A DNA stretch of 64,000 nucleotides from Escherichia coli (GCF_003991155.1 NZ_CP031293.1), one strand, 5' to 3'; positions 37,058 to 51,419 are shown, counted from the first letter of the stretch. The notes: generated by a model not told the origin, from the letters alone. A program made the numbers and translations.

Positions 37058-37145
37058 TCGGATGCGGCATAAACGCCTTATCCGACCTGGCTGGAGAGCA
37101 ACCGTAGGCCGGATAAGATGCGCCAGCATCGCATCCGGCGACCAG
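37058..37145. repeat. REP/BIME between caiE and caiF
   Basis: GATGCGGCATAAACGCCTTATCCGACC ... GTAGGCCGGATAAGATGCGCCAGCATCGCATCCGGCG inverted REP pair. Confidence 0.8.
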
Positions 37146-37170
37146 GTCGCACGGTATCATCGAAATGACA

Positions 37171-37566
37171 TTAACGACGCATACTCTTTGACAACATCAT
37201 CTGCCACTTCTGCTCGCGGTTAAGTTCCGTGAGCGGAACGGCAGGAATACGCGGCGTCTTTCTTACGCCGACTAATTTTTCCCGACTGTTATTGCGCAGG
37301 CGCGCGTAAATTTGCTCATCGATATCGACCACTTTAACCAGTCGCTGACACTGGCATCCCCGCCCTTCCAGCTTATTAGGGATCATCTTAACTTCGCAGC
37401 TTATTTCTGTGACTTCCGACAGAATATAAGTCAGGGTATTAACCGCCTTGCTGTGTTCAATATCGAAATGAATAGAGATCTCTCTTGCTATCACCCACCG
37501 ATTTTCAGCCATCATCCATTCGGCGATTAACAAGTAGAGTGGTTTTTCAACATATCCTTCACACAT
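37171..37566 (-). CDS. caiF: Transcriptional activator of the cai/fix operons
   Basis: ORF-track frame 37171-37671; start placed at MCEGYVEKPLYLLIAEWMMAENRW, giving 131 aa. Confidence 0.92.
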   Translation of the reverse strand: MCEGYVEKPLYLLIAEWMMAENRWVIAREISIHFDIEHSKAVNTLTYILSEVTEISCEVKMIPNKLEGRGCQCQRLVKVVDIDEQIYARLRNNSREKLVGVRKTPRIPAVPLTELNREQKWQMMLSKSMRR

Positions 37567-37826
37567 ACGAACTCCAGTTTCACAAATTAAAAGTCTGGCT
37601 ATGACTCGTTTTGAAGCAATTAAACAAGGCCATATTAAAATTGTGGATATATCGATAGTATGCAACTTCACCGTCGATAAGTGTGAGCTAAATCCTGCTT
37701 ATGTCATCAAAAATATCGATTCCCCAAAAGATTTACTTAATGGGCAAAAAAAACGGTCCTCATCAGAGAACCGTATTAGTTATTCGATCAAATTAGCGGA
37801 TGAAAAATATCCGCCATGACACGCTA

Positions 37827-40800
37827 TTATTTGATCTGCGCGTGCATTTCCTGCACCGAAATTACTTTTTCAGTCGCATCGGCATTCAGCGCCATCGCGG
37901 TAGCGAAACCACCGTTCAGGGTGGTGTCATAATGCACTTTATATTGCAGCGCACTGCGACGGATCACGCGGGAGTCTTCAATCGCACGACGGCCTGAGGT
38001 GGTGTTGATGATGTAGGTATATTCGCCATTCTTGATGCGGTCCTGAATGTGCGGACGGCCCTCATGCACCTTGTTTACCAGACGCGGATTGATACCCGCT
38101 TCGCCCAGCACAATCGCCGTGCCGTGGGTCGCATCCAGCTCGAAGCCCTGTTTCAGCAGTTTTGCCGCCAGGTCCACCACGCGTTCTTTGTCGCCTTCGC
38201 GCACGGAAAGCAGCGCACGACCGTGTTTCTTCATGGTGGAGTTGCTGCCCAGCTGCGCTTTGGCAAACGCTTCAGCGAAAGTGCGGCCCACGCCCATGAC
38301 TTCCCCGGTAGAGCGCATTTCTGGCCCTAACAGCGGGTCAACGCCCGGGAATTTATTGAACGGCAGCACCACTTCTTTCACCGAGTAGTACGGCGGGATA
38401 ACTTCTTTGGTTACGCCCTGCTCGGCCAGCGTTTTGCCTGCCATCACGCGCGCCGCCACTTTCGCCAGCGGTACGCCGGTGGCTTTGGAGACGAACGGAA
38501 CGGTACGCGCCGCACGCGGGTTAACTTCAATCAGGTAGACTTCGTTGTTTTTCACCGCAAACTGCACGTTCATCAGGCCGCGCACCTGCAATTCGAAGGC
38601 CAGTTTCTGCACCTGCTGGCGCATCACATCCTGAATTTCCTGACTTAAGGTGTAGGCTGGCAGAGAACATGCGGAGTCACCGGAGTGCACGCCCGCCTGC
38701 TCAATATGCTCCATGATGCCGCCAATCAGCACCATTTCGCCGTCGCAGATGGCATCCACGTCAACTTCTACTGCGTCATCAAGGAAGTGGTCCAGCAACA
38801 CTGGCGCATCGTTAGATACGCTGACCGCTGTCTGGAAGTAGCGACGCAGGTCAGCTTCGTCATAGACGATTTCCATCGCCCGACCGCCGAGAACGTAAGA
38901 CGGACGCACCACCAGCGGGTAGCCAATCTCTTTCGCTTTCTCAACCGCCATTTCGATGGTGGTAACGGTGGCGTTCGCCGGTTGTTTCAGTTTCAGACGC
39001 TCAACCGCATGCTGGAAGCGTTCACGGTCTTCCGCACGGTCGATGGCATCCGGGCTGGTACCGATAACCGGTACGCCAGCCGCTTCCAGCGCGCGCGCCA
39101 GTTTCAGCGGGGTCTGACCGCCGTACTGGACGATAACGCCTTTCGGCTTCTCAATACGCACAATTTCCAGCACGTCTTCCAGAGTTACCGGCTCGAAGTA
39201 GAGGCGATCGGAAGTGTCGTAGTCGGTAGAGACGGTTTCCGGGTTACAGTTAACCATAATGGTTTCGTAACCGTCTTCGCGCAGCGCCAGCGAGGCGTGT
39301 ACGCAGCAGTAGTCGAATTCGATACCCTGACCGATACGGTTCGGGCCGCCGCCGAGCACCATGATTTTTTCACGGTCGGTAGACGGATTCGCTTCGCACT
39401 CTTCTTCATAAGTGGAGTACATGTAAGCGGTGTCGGTGGCGAACTCTGCCGCACAGGTATCCACGCGCTTATAAACCGGGTGCAGGTCATACTGGTCGCG
39501 CAGCTTGCGGATTTCTGCTTCACGCACGCCCGCGAGTTTTGCCAGACGCGCGTCGGCAAAGCCTTTGCGTTTCAGCTGGCGCAGGAAGTCAGCGTTCAGG
39601 CCAGTGATGCCCACTTCTGCGACTTTCTCTTCCAGACGCACCAGCTCTTCAATCTGTACCAGGAACCAGCGATCAATGTTGGTCAAATTAAACACACCGT
39701 CTACAGACAGGCCCGCGCGGAAGGCATCAGCGATATACCAGATACGCTCTGCGCCTGCATCTTTCAGTTCGCGGCGAATTTTGGTCAGCGCTTCCGGATC
39801 ATCGAGGCTGACTTTCGGGTCGAAGCCAGTTGCGCCCACTTCCAGGCCGCGCAGCGCTTTTTGCAGGGATTCCTGCTGCGTGCGCCCAATCGCCATCACT
39901 TCGCCAACCGATTTCATCTGAGTGGTCAGACGGTCGTTCGCCCCGGCGAATTTCTCGAAGTTGAAGCGAGGAATTTTGGTGACCACGTAGTCGATGGACG
40001 GCTCGAAGGAGGCCGGAGTACGCCCGCCGGTGATGTCGTTCATCAGTTCGTCGAGGGTGTAACCCACCGCCAGTTTCGCCGCCACTTTAGCAATCGGGAA
40101 ACCGGTCGCTTTCGACGCCAGCGCCGAAGAACGCGACACGCGCGGGTTCATTTCGATAACAATCAGGCGACCGTTTTTCGGGTTCACCGCAAACTGGACG
40201 TTGGAACCGCCGGTTTCAACGCCGATTTCACGCAGCACCGCCATCGAGGCATTACGCATGATTTGATATTCTTTGTCGGTCAGCGTTTGGGCTGGCGCGA
40301 CAGTGATGGAGTCACCGGTGTGGATGCCCATCGCATCAAAGTTTTCGATAGAGCAGACGATGATGCAGTTGTCGTTTTTATCACGCACCACTTCCATCTC
40401 GTACTCTTTCCAGCCGATCAGCGACTCGTCAATCAGCAACTCTTTGGTCGGAGAGAGATCCAGACCGCGGGCGCAAATTTCTTCAAACTCTTCGCGGTTA
40501 TAAGCGATACCGCCACCGCTACCACCCATGGTAAAGGATGGGCGAATAATGCACGGGAAGCCCACGTCAGCGGCAACCGCCAGCGCTTCTTCCATGGTGT
40601 GCGCGATACCGGAACGCGCGGTTTCGAGGCCGATTTTCTTCATCGCTACGTCGAAACGGCGGCGGTCTTCTGCTTTATCAATCGCATCGGCAGTGGCACC
40701 AATCATGGTGACGCCGAACTCTTCCAGCACGCCCTGACGTTCCAGCTCCAGCGCGCAGTTCAGCGCCGTCTGACCGCCCATGGTTGGCAGCACCGCGTCC

Positions 40801-41048
40801 GGGCGCTCTTTTTCAATAATCTTGCGTACCACTTCCCAGTGAATCGGCTCGATGTAGGTTGCATCAGCCATTTCCGGGTCGGTCATGATGGTCGCAGGGT
40901 TAGAGTTCACCAGAATGACGCGGTAACCTTCTTCACGCAGGGCTTTACATGCTTGCGCGCCAGAGTAGTCAAACTCACACGCCTGACCGATAACAATCGG
41001 GCCCGCACCCAGAATCAGGATACTTTTTATATCTGTACGTTTTGGCAT
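37827..41048 (-). CDS. carB: Carbamoyl-phosphate synthase large subunit
   Basis: 1073-aa ORF beginning [33 protein letters not shown]; two ATP-grasp halves. Confidence 0.97.
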   Translation of the reverse strand: MPKRTDIKSILILGAGPIVIGQACEFDYSGAQACKALREEGYRVILVNSNPATIMTDPEMADATYIEPIHWEVVRKIIEKERPDAVLPTMGGQTALNCALELERQGVLEEFGVTMIGATADAIDKAEDRRRFDVAMKKIGLETARSGIAHTMEEALAVAADVGFPCIIRPSFTMGGSGGGIAYNREEFEEICARGLDLSPTKELLIDESLIGWKEYEMEVVRDKNDNCIIVCSIENFDAMGIHTGDSITVAPAQTLTDKEYQIMRNASMAVLREIGVETGGSNVQFAVNPKNGRLIVIEMNPRVSRSSALASKATGFPIAKVAAKLAVGYTLDELMNDITGGRTPASFEPSIDYVVTKIPRFNFEKFAGANDRLTTQMKSVGEVMAIGRTQQESLQKALRGLEVGATGFDPKVSLDDPEALTKIRRELKDAGAERIWYIADAFRAGLSVDGVFNLTNIDRWFLVQIEELVRLEEKVAEVGITGLNADFLRQLKRKGFADARLAKLAGVREAEIRKLRDQYDLHPVYKRVDTCAAEFATDTAYMYSTYEEECEANPSTDREKIMVLGGGPNRIGQGIEFDYCCVHASLALREDGYETIMVNCNPETVSTDYDTSDRLYFEPVTLEDVLEIVRIEKPKGVIVQYGGQTPLKLARALEAAGVPVIGTSPDAIDRAEDRERFQHAVERLKLKQPANATVTTIEMAVEKAKEIGYPLVVRPSYVLGGRAMEIVYDEADLRRYFQTAVSVSNDAPVLLDHFLDDAVEVDVDAICDGEMVLIGGIMEHIEQAGVHSGDSACSLPAYTLSQEIQDVMRQQVQKLAFELQVRGLMNVQFAVKNNEVYLIEVNPRAARTVPFVSKATGVPLAKVAARVMAGKTLAEQGVTKEVIPPYYSVKEVVLPFNKFPGVDPLLGPEMRSTGEVMGVGRTFAEAFAKAQLGSNSTMKKHGRALLSVREGDKERVVDLAAKLLKQGFELDATHGTAIVLGEAGINPRLVNKVHEGRPHIQDRIKNGEYTYIINTTSGRRAIEDSRVIRRSALQYKVHYDTTLNGGFATAMALNADATEKVISVQEMHAQIK

Positions 41049-41065
41049 GGCTCTTTTACTCCTGA

Positions 41066-42214
41066 TTACTTAGCGGTTTTACGGTACTGCTCAATTAACG
41101 CGATAAAGTGGTCGAACAACGGCGCGGCGTCGTGTGGACCAGGGCTGGCTTCCGGGTGACCCTGGAAGCTGAACGCCGGTTTATCGGTGCGATGAATCCC
41201 CTGTAACGTACCGTCGAACAGGGATTTATGTGTGACACGCAGGTTTGCAGGTAATGTTGCTTCGTCCACCGCAAAACCGTGGTTCTGGGCGGTGATCATC
41301 ACCACGTTTTTCTCAACATCTTTAACCGGATGGTTGCCGCCGTGGTGACCAAATTTCATTTTGATGGTCTTCGCACCGCTCGCCAGCGCCAGCAGCTGAT
41401 GACCGAGACAGATGCCGAATACCGGAATATCGGTTTCGAGGAATTTCTGGATGGCGGTAATGGCGTAATCGCACGGGGCCGGGTCGCCAGGACCGTTGGA
41501 GAGGAAGATGCCGTCCGGATTCATTTTCAGCACATCTTCCGCAGAAGTTTGTGCCGGAACGATGGTCAGTCGACAACCTCTATCCACCAGCATACGTAGG
41601 ATGTTGCGCTTGGCACCAAAATCATAAGCCACGACGTGGAACGGCAGCTCGTCTTCTTTCTTCGCTTCTGGCAGGCCGCCGGTCAGCGTCCAGCTCCCTT
41701 GTGTCCAGCTATACGTTTCTGCGGTGGTCACTTCTTTTGCCAGATCCATGCCGTTCAGACCTGGGAACGCGCGGGCTTTTTCTAACGCCAGCGCCGCATC
41801 CGGGTTATCGCCCGCGATAATGCAGCCATTCTGTGCGCCTTTCTCGCGCAGTAAACGCGTCAGCTTACGAGTATCGATATCAGCAATCGCCACGATGTTA
41901 TGGCGCTTCAGGTAAGAAGAGAGGTCTTCGGTATTACGGAAGTTGCTGGCAATCAGCGGCAGGTCGCGAATCACCAGACCTTGTGCATGTACCTGAGAAG
42001 ATTCTTCATCGGCGTCATTAGTGCCGACATTGCCAATATGGGGATAAGTAAGAGTAACGATTTGACGAGAATAGGAAGGATCAGTGAGGATTTCTTGATA
42101 ACCGGTCATTGAAGTATTGAAAACGACTTCCCCAACCGCCGAACCTGTTGCCCCTATGGCCCGACCGTGAAACTGGGTTCCGTCTTCCAGAACCAATAGC
42201 GCTGACTTAATCAA
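41066..42214 (-). CDS. carA: Carbamoyl-phosphate synthase small (glutaminase) subunit; TTG start
   Basis: ORF-track frame extends to 42241; start placed at the TTG giving (M)[20 protein letters not shown], 382 aa; SD GGAGGG upstream. Confidence 0.93.
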   Translation of the reverse strand: MIKSALLVLEDGTQFHGRAIGATGSAVGEVVFNTSMTGYQEILTDPSYSRQIVTLTYPHIGNVGTNDADEESSQVHAQGLVIRDLPLIASNFRNTEDLSSYLKRHNIVAIADIDTRKLTRLLREKGAQNGCIIAGDNPDAALALEKARAFPGLNGMDLAKEVTTAETYSWTQGSWTLTGGLPEAKKEDELPFHVVAYDFGAKRNILRMLVDRGCRLTIVPAQTSAEDVLKMNPDGIFLSNGPGDPAPCDYAITAIQKFLETDIPVFGICLGHQLLALASGAKTIKMKFGHHGGNHPVKDVEKNVVMITAQNHGFAVDEATLPANLRVTHKSLFDGTLQGIHRTDKPAFSFQGHPEASPGPHDAAPLFDHFIALIEQYRKTAK

Positions 42215-42225
42215 AACACCCTCCA

Positions 42226-42264
42226 GAGAATATTCACTCACTTTATTTGCATATTAATTCACAA
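42226..42264 (-). promoter_or_regulatory. carAB P2 promoter with tandem ArgR (ARG) boxes
   Basis: Minus strand reads TGTGAATTAATATGCAAATAAAGTGAGTGAATATTCTCTGGAGGG immediately upstream of the carA TTG; two TnTGAAT-N8-ATTCAnA-like boxes. Confidence 0.8.
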
Positions 42265-42587
42265 TGATGACGTAAATCAATGCAAATCTGCTTACCGACG
42301 AATTTCTGGCAAACGGCGGCATTCTGGAGATATGGGCGCTAAAAGTCAACTTAATGGCGGGATTTTTTATATTATTTTGTGGCTCATGCATGTTTTACAG
42401 GCATTAAGCGACAAAAAGATCATATAACATGTTCTGGAAAACGCTTGCGCAGCAAGAAGATTGCATGAAATCAAAATGAGCAGAAAAAAGTGGACCAAAT
42501 GGTCAAAATTTACATTAAAACAACAAAAACAGAATGCAAAACATGTAATTTTCGGCATTTGCATTAAATTTAAAAGCATAACACTAA

Positions 42588-42620
42588 AAATAAAAGGGCC
42601 AAAAATTAAAGCCCTTTATA
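42588..42620 (-). terminator. Rho-independent terminator downstream of dapB
   Basis: Minus strand AAGGGC-TTTAATTTTTG-GCCCTT hairpin followed by a T-run. Confidence 0.65.
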
Positions 42621-42669
42621 TTCAATGAATTAAATGTGTTATTTTTGCATCACTATACATATTTTGTGG

Positions 42670-43506
<837 letters not shown>

Positions 43507-43657
43507 TTAATTTGCATAGACCGTTTTCAGAGTAACCAGCGCATCGCTACGCCGCCAGCCAAAAACGCTGATAATTAGAAATTAATGATAAACAGGGAGG
43601 GATATCAGTGAAAGGCATGAGTCGATGAATGACTGCATGCCGATAACATGTGACAGG

Positions 43658-44572
43658 TTACGACGCCAGAGCCAGCACCTCAGCCACCCACTGCTGGAAA
43701 CCTTTCACATCCAGATCCAGCGCCACCTGCACGTTTGCAGGTTTACTCAGGCAACCATCAATATCAACAACCGTAGTACCTGAGGTAAATTCACCCTGAG
43801 TTTCCACCGCCACAAAACACGGTTTGAGAGTGAACAAGTCTGGGCGCACCAGCCAGGCGATAGCGCAGAGATCGTGCATACGCAGACCGCTTTGCATACT
43901 GCCGCTACGGTAGTGGCTAAACAGGGCGTGCAACATTTTCCCGGTACGATTCAACTCCGGCAAAGTAGCGAGATAGTCAGGAGTTAATATTGCCTGATTG
44001 GTGACATCCAGACCGCACATAACGATTTCGATGCCGCTACGGAAGACACAGGCTGCCGCTTCTGGATCGGCAGCGATATTAAACTCGGCGTTTGGTGTAC
44101 AGTTGCCGCGACCAGCAGAACCGCCCATGATCACCAGACGACGAATATACTGTTTACATTCCGGGCATTGTGAAAGTAACAGCGCAATATTGGTTAACGG
44201 GCCGATGGCCACCAGGGTAACAGGCTCTGGTGCACGCATCAGGGCATCACGAATCGCCAGAAATGCGGGTTTGTCCAGTGGGCTTCTGTTGTGCTCGACA
44301 AAGTCGTAGCCAGCCATTCCCGATTCACCGTGCACAGATGCTGCATTACGCGGTGCGCGTACCAGCGGCACAGCGGCTCCCTGGGCAAGCGGAATATCCA
44401 CATTCCAGAAATGCAGCAGTTGCAGGGCGTTGCGGGTCGTTTTCTCTACCGAAACATTACCCGCGACAGTGGTCATCAGTTGCAGATCGAGTTCGGGGGC
44501 AAAAATCGCGGCGGCAATGGCAACAGCATCGTCAATGCCGGGGTCTGTATCGAGGAAGATAGGTAAACGCAT
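43658..44572 (-). CDS. rihC: Non-specific ribonucleoside hydrolase RihC
   Basis: 304-aa ORF beginning [22 protein letters not shown] (IU-nucleoside hydrolase DxDxxxDD motif). Confidence 0.95.
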   Translation of the reverse strand: MRLPIFLDTDPGIDDAVAIAAAIFAPELDLQLMTTVAGNVSVEKTTRNALQLLHFWNVDIPLAQGAAVPLVRAPRNAASVHGESGMAGYDFVEHNRSPLDKPAFLAIRDALMRAPEPVTLVAIGPLTNIALLLSQCPECKQYIRRLVIMGGSAGRGNCTPNAEFNIAADPEAAACVFRSGIEIVMCGLDVTNQAILTPDYLATLPELNRTGKMLHALFSHYRSGSMQSGLRMHDLCAIAWLVRPDLFTLKPCFVAVETQGEFTSGTTVVDIDGCLSKPANVQVALDLDVKGFQQWVAEVLALAS

Positions 44573-44637
44573 GTTTTCTCCATAAAAAATGCCGGTAACA
44601 AGACCGGCATTTTCGCATAACTTAGGCTGCTAATGAC

Positions 44638-45588
44638 TTAATCGACTTCACGAATATCGACACGCAGCTCTTTCGGCACTTCGAAAACAATGTTTTCTTC
44701 ACGGCCTTCCAGCGGAATGGCTTCACCACCGCCCAGCTGCTGCAAACGTGCCACCACATTCTGCACCAGAATATCCGGAGCCGATGCGCCCGCAGTCACG
44801 CCGACGCATTTAACCTCTTTCACCCACTCTTCCTGGATATCTTTCGCATCGTCAATCAAAAACGCGCGTTTGCCCATACGCTGGGCCAGCTCCGCCAGAC
44901 GGTTGGAGTTGGAGGAGTTTTTCGAACCGACCACCAGCACCACTTCCGCCTGTTCTGCCAGGGCGCGTACTGCTTCCTGACGGTTAGTCGTGGCGTAGCA
45001 GATGTCATCTTTGCGCGGACCGACAATTTTCGGGAAACGTTTACGCAGCGCGTCGATCACATCAGACGTGTCATCCACCGACAGCGTGGTTTGGGTCATA
45101 AAGGAGAGCTTCTCTTCGTTTTTGACCGTCAGTTTCCACACATCGTCTGGCGATTCGACCAGATACATTCCCCCTTCCGGGTTACTGTACTGGCCCATCG
45201 TACCTTCCACTTCCGGGTGCCCGGCGTGGCCGATGAGAATAGATTCTTCGCCACGGCGACTGGCGCGGGCGACTTCCATATGCACTTTGGTCACCAGCGG
45301 GCAGGTGGCGTCGAATACCGTTAAATCACGGCTTTTCGCTTCGTTACGTACCGCCTGAGAAACACCGTGTGCGGAGAAAATCAGGATCGCGCCGTCCGGT
45401 ACTTCGCTAATCTGCTCAATAAAGATAGCCCCACGCTCGCGCAGGCTATCGACCACGTAGCGGTTATGCACCACTTCGTGACGGACATATATCGGTGCGC
45501 CGTAAATGGCCAGCGCGTTTTCAACAATGCTGATAGCGCGGTCTACCCCGGCACAAAAACCACGCGGGTTGGCCAACAGGATCTGCAT
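44638..45588 (-). CDS. ispH: 4-hydroxy-3-methylbut-2-enyl diphosphate reductase
   Basis: ORF-track frame 44638-45672; start placed at [19 protein letters not shown], giving 316 aa. Confidence 0.95.
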
Positions 45589-45589
45589 G

Positions 45590-46039
45590 TTACGCCTCCA
45601 GTGCCGGATCGATTTCCAGCACTTCAATATCAAAATGAACGGTCTGCCCGGCCAGCGGATGGTTGAAATCAACGGTAATAGAGTCGCCGTTAATTTCGCG
45701 GATCACGCCAGGCATCTCACTGCCATCCATTGCGGTAAAAAGCATGATTGCGCCAATTTCTGGCTCGCCTGCATCCATAAATTCACGGCGGGAGAAGTAC
45801 TGAATCAGGTCCGGTGACGGCACGCCAAACGCCGCATCGGGCTCCAGCGTGAAAGTGGTTTTATCGCCCACTTTCAGCCCCAGCAGGTGTTGCTCCAGCC
45901 CTTCAGAAAGAGAAGCATCGCCCAGGCGGAACAGTGCCGGTTTACCGTTGTTGCGGGTAGACTCGGCGGTGGTGCCATCGTCGAGTTTTAGCGTGAAGTG
46001 CACCAGGACGGCGCTATTGCTCTGTACAGATTCAGACAT
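45590..46039 (-). CDS. fkpB: FKBP-type peptidyl-prolyl cis-trans isomerase FkpB (SlpA)
   Basis: 149-aa ORF beginning [24 protein letters not shown]. Confidence 0.95.
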
Positions 46040-46067
46040 GCAGGTTTGCTCTTATTTTTGAGGATTT

Positions 46068-46120
46068 TTGCCGGATGCGGCCTACGATTTCGCAGCAATC
46101 TGTAGGCTGCATCCGGCAGG
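46068..46120. repeat. REP-like inverted repeat between fkpB and lspA
   Basis: GCCGGATGCGGCCTACGATTTCGCAGCAATCTGTAGGCTGCATCCGGCA. Confidence 0.7.
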
Positions 46121-46125
46121 GTTTA

Positions 46126-46620
46126 TTATTGTTTTTTCGCTTTAGAAGGTAAAAAACCTTCCAGCACAATCAGTGCCGCACCGACACAAATGGCAGTATC
46201 GGCAAGGTTGAAGGTGGCGAAGTGCCAGTCGCCGACGTAGAAGTCGATCATATCGACAACGAAGCCGTGCCACAGGCGGTCGAACAGGTTGCCCAGTGCG
46301 CCGCCAATAATCAGCGCGTAAGCGATATTGTTTAGCTTCTGCGTGGCCTTCGAGCGATACATCATCACTGCCAGGATCACGCTAATACCAATCGCAATAC
46401 CGGCAAAGAACCAACGCTGCCAGCCGCCGCTATCGGCAAGGAAACTAAACGCCGCGCCATAGTTACGCGCATAATGCAGATTAAGCGACGGGAACAGCGG
46501 GACCGTATCCCCCAGAGCAAAGTTCTGGAGGATCAGGTATTTGCTGCCCAGATCGATAATCAGCACGACTACCACCAGCCACAGCCAGCGTAGCCCTGTT
46601 GAACAGATCGATTGACTCAT
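46126..46620 (-). CDS. lspA: Lipoprotein signal peptidase (signal peptidase II)
   Basis: 164-aa ORF; 1-nt overlap with ileS. Confidence 0.95.
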
Positions 46621-49436
46621 CAGGCAAACTTACGTTTTTCACCGTCACCGGCGACGTTGCTGACACAGCGGCCGCAGATTTCTGCGTGTTCCGCCACCTT
46701 GCCGACATCCTGGGTGTAGTGCCAGCAGCGTGGGCACTTCTCACCTTCGGCTTTACTCAACGCGACTTTCAGCCCTTTGAGTACTTCGCTCTGCTGAGCA
46801 TCAGCAGGTGCATCGTTATAGTCTGCAACGGTAGCGCCGGAGGTCAACAGGACAAATCGTAATTCATCGCCCAGCGCGGTCAGTTTCGCCGCCAGTTCCG
46901 GTTCTGCATACAAGGTTACTGCCGCTTCCAGCGAGCCACCCACTTTCTTGTCGGCACGCGCTTGCTCAATGACTTTGTTCACTTCGCCACGCACTTTCAA
47001 CAGCTCGTCCCAGAACGCATCGTTCATTGCTTCACTGTCTGCCAGACCAAACAGGCCTTCGTACCACTCACCGGTGAAGACGTATTTTTCACGTTCGCCC
47101 GGCAGGTAGCCCCACACTTCATCAGCGGTGAAGGAGAGGATTGGTGCCATCCAGCGCACCAGCGCTTCTGCGATGTGATACAGCGCAGTCTGGCAGCTAC
47201 GACGCGCCACACTGTCCGCTTTGGCGGTGTACTGACGGTCTTTGATGATGTCGAGGTAGAAGGAACCCATTTCAACGGAGCAGAAGCGCATCAGACGCTG
47301 TACCACTTCGTGGAAATCGTATGCTTCGTACGCCTTGAGGATGTCTTCCTGTGCCGCTTTTGCACAACCTACGGCCCAGCGATCCAGTACCACCATCTCT
47401 TCCGGTTTCACCATATCTTTTGCCGGATCAAAACCGTTCAGGTTTGCCAGCAGGAAGCGCGCGGTGTTACGGATACGACGATAGCTGTCGGCAGCACGTT
47501 TCAGGATCTCGTCAGAAACGGCCATTTCACCGGTGTAGTCAGTTGATGCCACCCACAGACGCAGAATATCCGCGCCGAGTTTGTTCATCACGTCCTGCGG
47601 CGAAACGGTGTTGCCGATAGATTTAGACATCTTGCGACCCTGACCATCTACGGTAAAGCCGTGGGTCAGTACCTGACGATACGGCGCTTTGCCTTTCATC
47701 GCGGTGGAGATCATCAGGGAAGACATGAACCAACCACGGTGTTGGTCAGAACCTTCCAGATACATGTCCGCTGCGTGACCAGCAAATTCCGGACGCACGT
47801 CAACAACAGAAGAGTGGGTAGATCCGGAGTCAAACCATACGTCGAGAGTATCCGGCACTTTCACGTACTGATCAGCTTCATCTCCGAGGATCTCTTTCGC
47901 ATCGAGATCCCACCACGCCTGGATGCCATCAACTTCAACGCGTTTTGCCACTTCTTCCATCAGTTCGAGGGTACGCGGATGCAGCTCTTCCGTGTCTTTA
48001 TGCACGAACAGTGACATCGGTACGCCCCAGGTGCGCTGACGGGAGATACACCAGTCAGGACGGTTAGCAACCATCGACTCGATACGCGCCTGGCCCCAGT
48101 CCGGGATCCACTGCACGCCTTTGATCTCTTTCAGTGACTGCGCACGCAGACCTTTCTGATCCATGCTGACGAACCACTGCGGCGTCGCGCGGAAGATGAT
48201 CGGCGTTTTGTGACGCCAGCAGCACGGATAGCTGTGCTGCATTTTCTCAACGTGCAACAGCGCGCCTTTTTCCTGCAGCAGCGCAACAACGATATCGTTC
48301 GCTTTGAAAACGTTCACGCCATCCAGCGTCGGGTAAGTACCCGGCAGATAAGTGCCGTCCGGGCCAACCGGGTTAGCGGTTTCCAGGCCGTATTTCTGAC
48401 CGATCACATAGTCGTCCGGGCCGTGGCCAGGCGCGGTGTGAACGGCACCGGTACCGGCATCCAGGGTAACGTGATCGCCGAGGATTGCCGGAACGTCGAA
48501 GCCCATAAACGGATGGGTAAAGCGCAGCAGCTCAAGCTCCGCACCTTTTACCGTGCCGAGAATGGTGTAATCGGTCACGCCGATACGCTGCATTACGCTT
48601 TCAACCAGATCTTTCGCCAGAATCACGGCCTGACCGTCGATCTGCACCAGCGCATAGTCGAAATCAGGTGCAATAGAGATTGCGCGGTTGGCAGGCAGAG
48701 TCCACGGCGTAGTGGTCCAGATCACCAGCGAGATTGGGCCGTTAACGTTGCTTACGGCAAATTTTGCTTTCAGTGCATCCTGATCGACCGCCTGGAAAGC
48801 GACGTCGATGGACGGAGAAGTTTTGTCGTAATACTCAACTTCCGCTTCTGCCAGTGCAGAACGGCAGTCAACGCACCAGTGCACCGGCTTCGCGCCTTTG
48901 TGCAGGTGACCGTTGCCGATGATTTTGCCCAGCGCGCGGATGATGTTGGCTTCAGTTTTGAAGTCCATGGTCAGGTACGGGTGCGACCAGTCGCCCAGCA
49001 CGCCCAGACGGATAAAGTCTTTGCGCTGACCGTCAACCTGGGTCGCAGCGTATTCGCGGCACTTGGCGCGGAACTCAGCGGCGGTGAATTTCTCCCCCGG
49101 CTTACCGTATTCTTGCTCTACTTTCAGCTCGATCGGCAGACCATGGCAGTCCCAGCCAGGCACATACGGCGAGTCATAACCGGAAAGCCCTTTGGACTTC
49201 ACGATAATGTCTTTCAGAATCTTGTTAACCGAGTGACCAATATGAATGCTGCCATTCGCATAAGGAGGGCCATCATGCAGAATGAAGGTTTTTTTGCCTT
49301 TTTTAGCCGCACGGATGATGCCGTACAGATCATCATCAGTCCAACGCGCCAGCATTCCCGGTTCGCGCTTGGCGAGATCGCCACGCATCGGGAACCCTGT
49401 TTCCGGCAAATTCAGGGTTGATTTATAGTCACTCAT
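46620..49436 (-). CDS. ileS: Isoleucyl-tRNA synthetase
   Basis: 938-aa ORF with HIGH (HIGH at [11 protein letters not shown]) and KMSKS motifs. Confidence 0.97.
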
Positions 49437-49478
49437 CAGATTCTCGGTTCCGTGTTTCGGTTTGATTACATAACAGGC

Positions 49479-50420
49479 TTAAGCCGGTTTTGTTAGCCCA
49501 AAAAATTCGCGGGCGGTTAATTCATCACGCGCAATCTGCGCTTTCAGTTCGTCCAGCGACGCAAATCGCTGCTCATTGCGTATTTTTTTACGCAGCACTA
49601 CTTGTATATGGCGACCGTAAAGGTCCATTGCAACATCTAACAAATGCACTTCCAGCTGCTGGCGAATACCGGCAACCGTTGGGCGTGTTCCGATGTTTGC
49701 CACGCCGGGTAACGGCTTTTCACCGAGGCCCAGCACTTCTACCGCATAAACCCCTTTCACCGGGGAAACCTGACGGCGTAGCGGTACATTCGCCGTCGGG
49801 AAACCTATAGTGCGCCCTAATTCATCACCGTGGACTACACGCCCGGAGATGGCAAACGGGTGCCCCAGTAAACTTTCTGCCAGAGCCAGATTGTCATCCG
49901 CCAGCGCCTGACGCACGGCGGTGCTGCTGATACGCACGCCACCTTCGCAAAAAGTTTGCGTACTGGTGATATCGAAGCCGTATTCCATGCCCGCTTTCTG
50001 TAATAACAAGAAATCGCCTTCACGACCAGCGCCAAAGCGGAAATCGTCACCTACGGCAAGAAATTTTACCCGCAAGTGCCTCACCAGAAGATCACTGATG
50101 AAGTTTTGCGCGGTTAACGCCGCAAAACGCCTGTCAAAACGCACGCACAGCACGTAATCAACGCCACACTCTGCAAGGTAACGCAGTTTTTCCCGCAGCC
50201 GGGTCAGCCGTGCCGGGGCTTTATCAGTAGCAAACAGTTCCAGTGGTTGAGGTTCAAAAAGCATCACCATCACCGGTAAGTTGCGCTTGCGCCCTTCTTC
50301 CTGCAAGCCCTGTAACAGCGCGCGATGACCGCGATGCACGCCGTCGAAATTACCAATAGTCAGCACACACCCTTCTTGCGGGGCCTGGCTGAGATTATGT
50401 ATGCCGCGTATCAGCTTCAT
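49479..50420 (-). CDS. ribF: Bifunctional riboflavin kinase / FMN adenylyltransferase
   Basis: 313-aa ORF beginning MKLIRGIHNLSQAPQEGCVLTIGNFDGVHRGH. Confidence 0.96.
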   Translation of the reverse strand: MKLIRGIHNLSQAPQEGCVLTIGNFDGVHRGHRALLQGLQEEGRKRNLPVMVMLFEPQPLELFATDKAPARLTRLREKLRYLAECGVDYVLCVRFDRRFAALTAQNFISDLLVRHLRVKFLAVGDDFRFGAGREGDFLLLQKAGMEYGFDITSTQTFCEGGVRISSTAVRQALADDNLALAESLLGHPFAISGRVVHGDELGRTIGFPTANVPLRRQVSPVKGVYAVEVLGLGEKPLPGVANIGTRPTVAGIRQQLEVHLLDVAMDLYGRHIQVVLRKKIRNEQRFASLDELKAQIARDELTAREFFGLTKPA

Positions 50421-50727
50421 GTCTGGCTCAAAACAGTGAAAATCGTCCGAGTATACCTTGTACAGCGGTCAAGGTTAACCGGCGATTGAGTACCGAAATC
50501 AGAAAGAAGTGGCTTTTCATTGCCATGGCGCAAATCACGGGAAGAAACTGACCGCCTGCTGCAATTTTTATCGCGGAAAAGCTGTATTCACACCCCGCAA
50601 GCTGGTAGAATCCTGCGCCATCACTACGTAACGAGTGCCGGCACATTAACGGCGCTTATTTGCACAAATCCATTGACAAAAGAAGGCTAAAAGGGCATAT
50701 TCCTCGGCCTTTGAATTGTCCATATAG

Positions 50728-51012
<285 letters not shown>

Positions 51013-51037
51013 TTGCCAATTTGCTGAAGCTTTGTGA

Positions 51038-51066
51038 AAAAGCCCGCGCAAGCGGGTTTTTTTATG
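51038..51066 (+). terminator. rpsT rho-independent terminator
   Basis: AAAAGCCCGCGCAAGCGGGTTTTTTTA. Confidence 0.85.
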
Positions 51067-51419
51067 CCTGCACGCCTGGAAATTTCAAATGAAAGGCATA
51101 TCTCTTTTACTTATTTCTGCCGCCATATATTTCCCCAAGTATAAAACATTTAACATTTCATCATAAAAGTTAAAATGTTTTATTCTCTGATAAAACGTGA
51201 ACTGCATAACAAAATACAGAGAAACAAAGCCAAAAACGAATTAACGCAAACTTAAAACGAAAAATTATAATTGTCGCCATCACTCTCCTTAACTAACCTC
51301 ATTCCCACAACGTTGTTTAAATCATTAATAAATATGCATTAAGGAAAGTCAGTATGTATTTGCTTAGAAAATAAAAGCTTTTTTTCTGAGACAGGCATTC
51401 TTGTTCTGGAGAGAATATA

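Noticed and set aside
38685-41159. 824-aa plus-strand ORF
   Set aside because: Lies entirely antisense to carB and extends past it; high-GC shadow ORF with no SD or recognisable family, while carB on the opposite strand is unambiguous.
42367-42579. 70-aa minus-strand ORF upstream of carA
   Set aside because: Lies in the AT-rich carAB/dapB intergenic control region; low-complexity, no SD; probably spurious.
48210-49421. 403-aa plus-strand ORF
   Set aside because: Antisense shadow ORF inside ileS.
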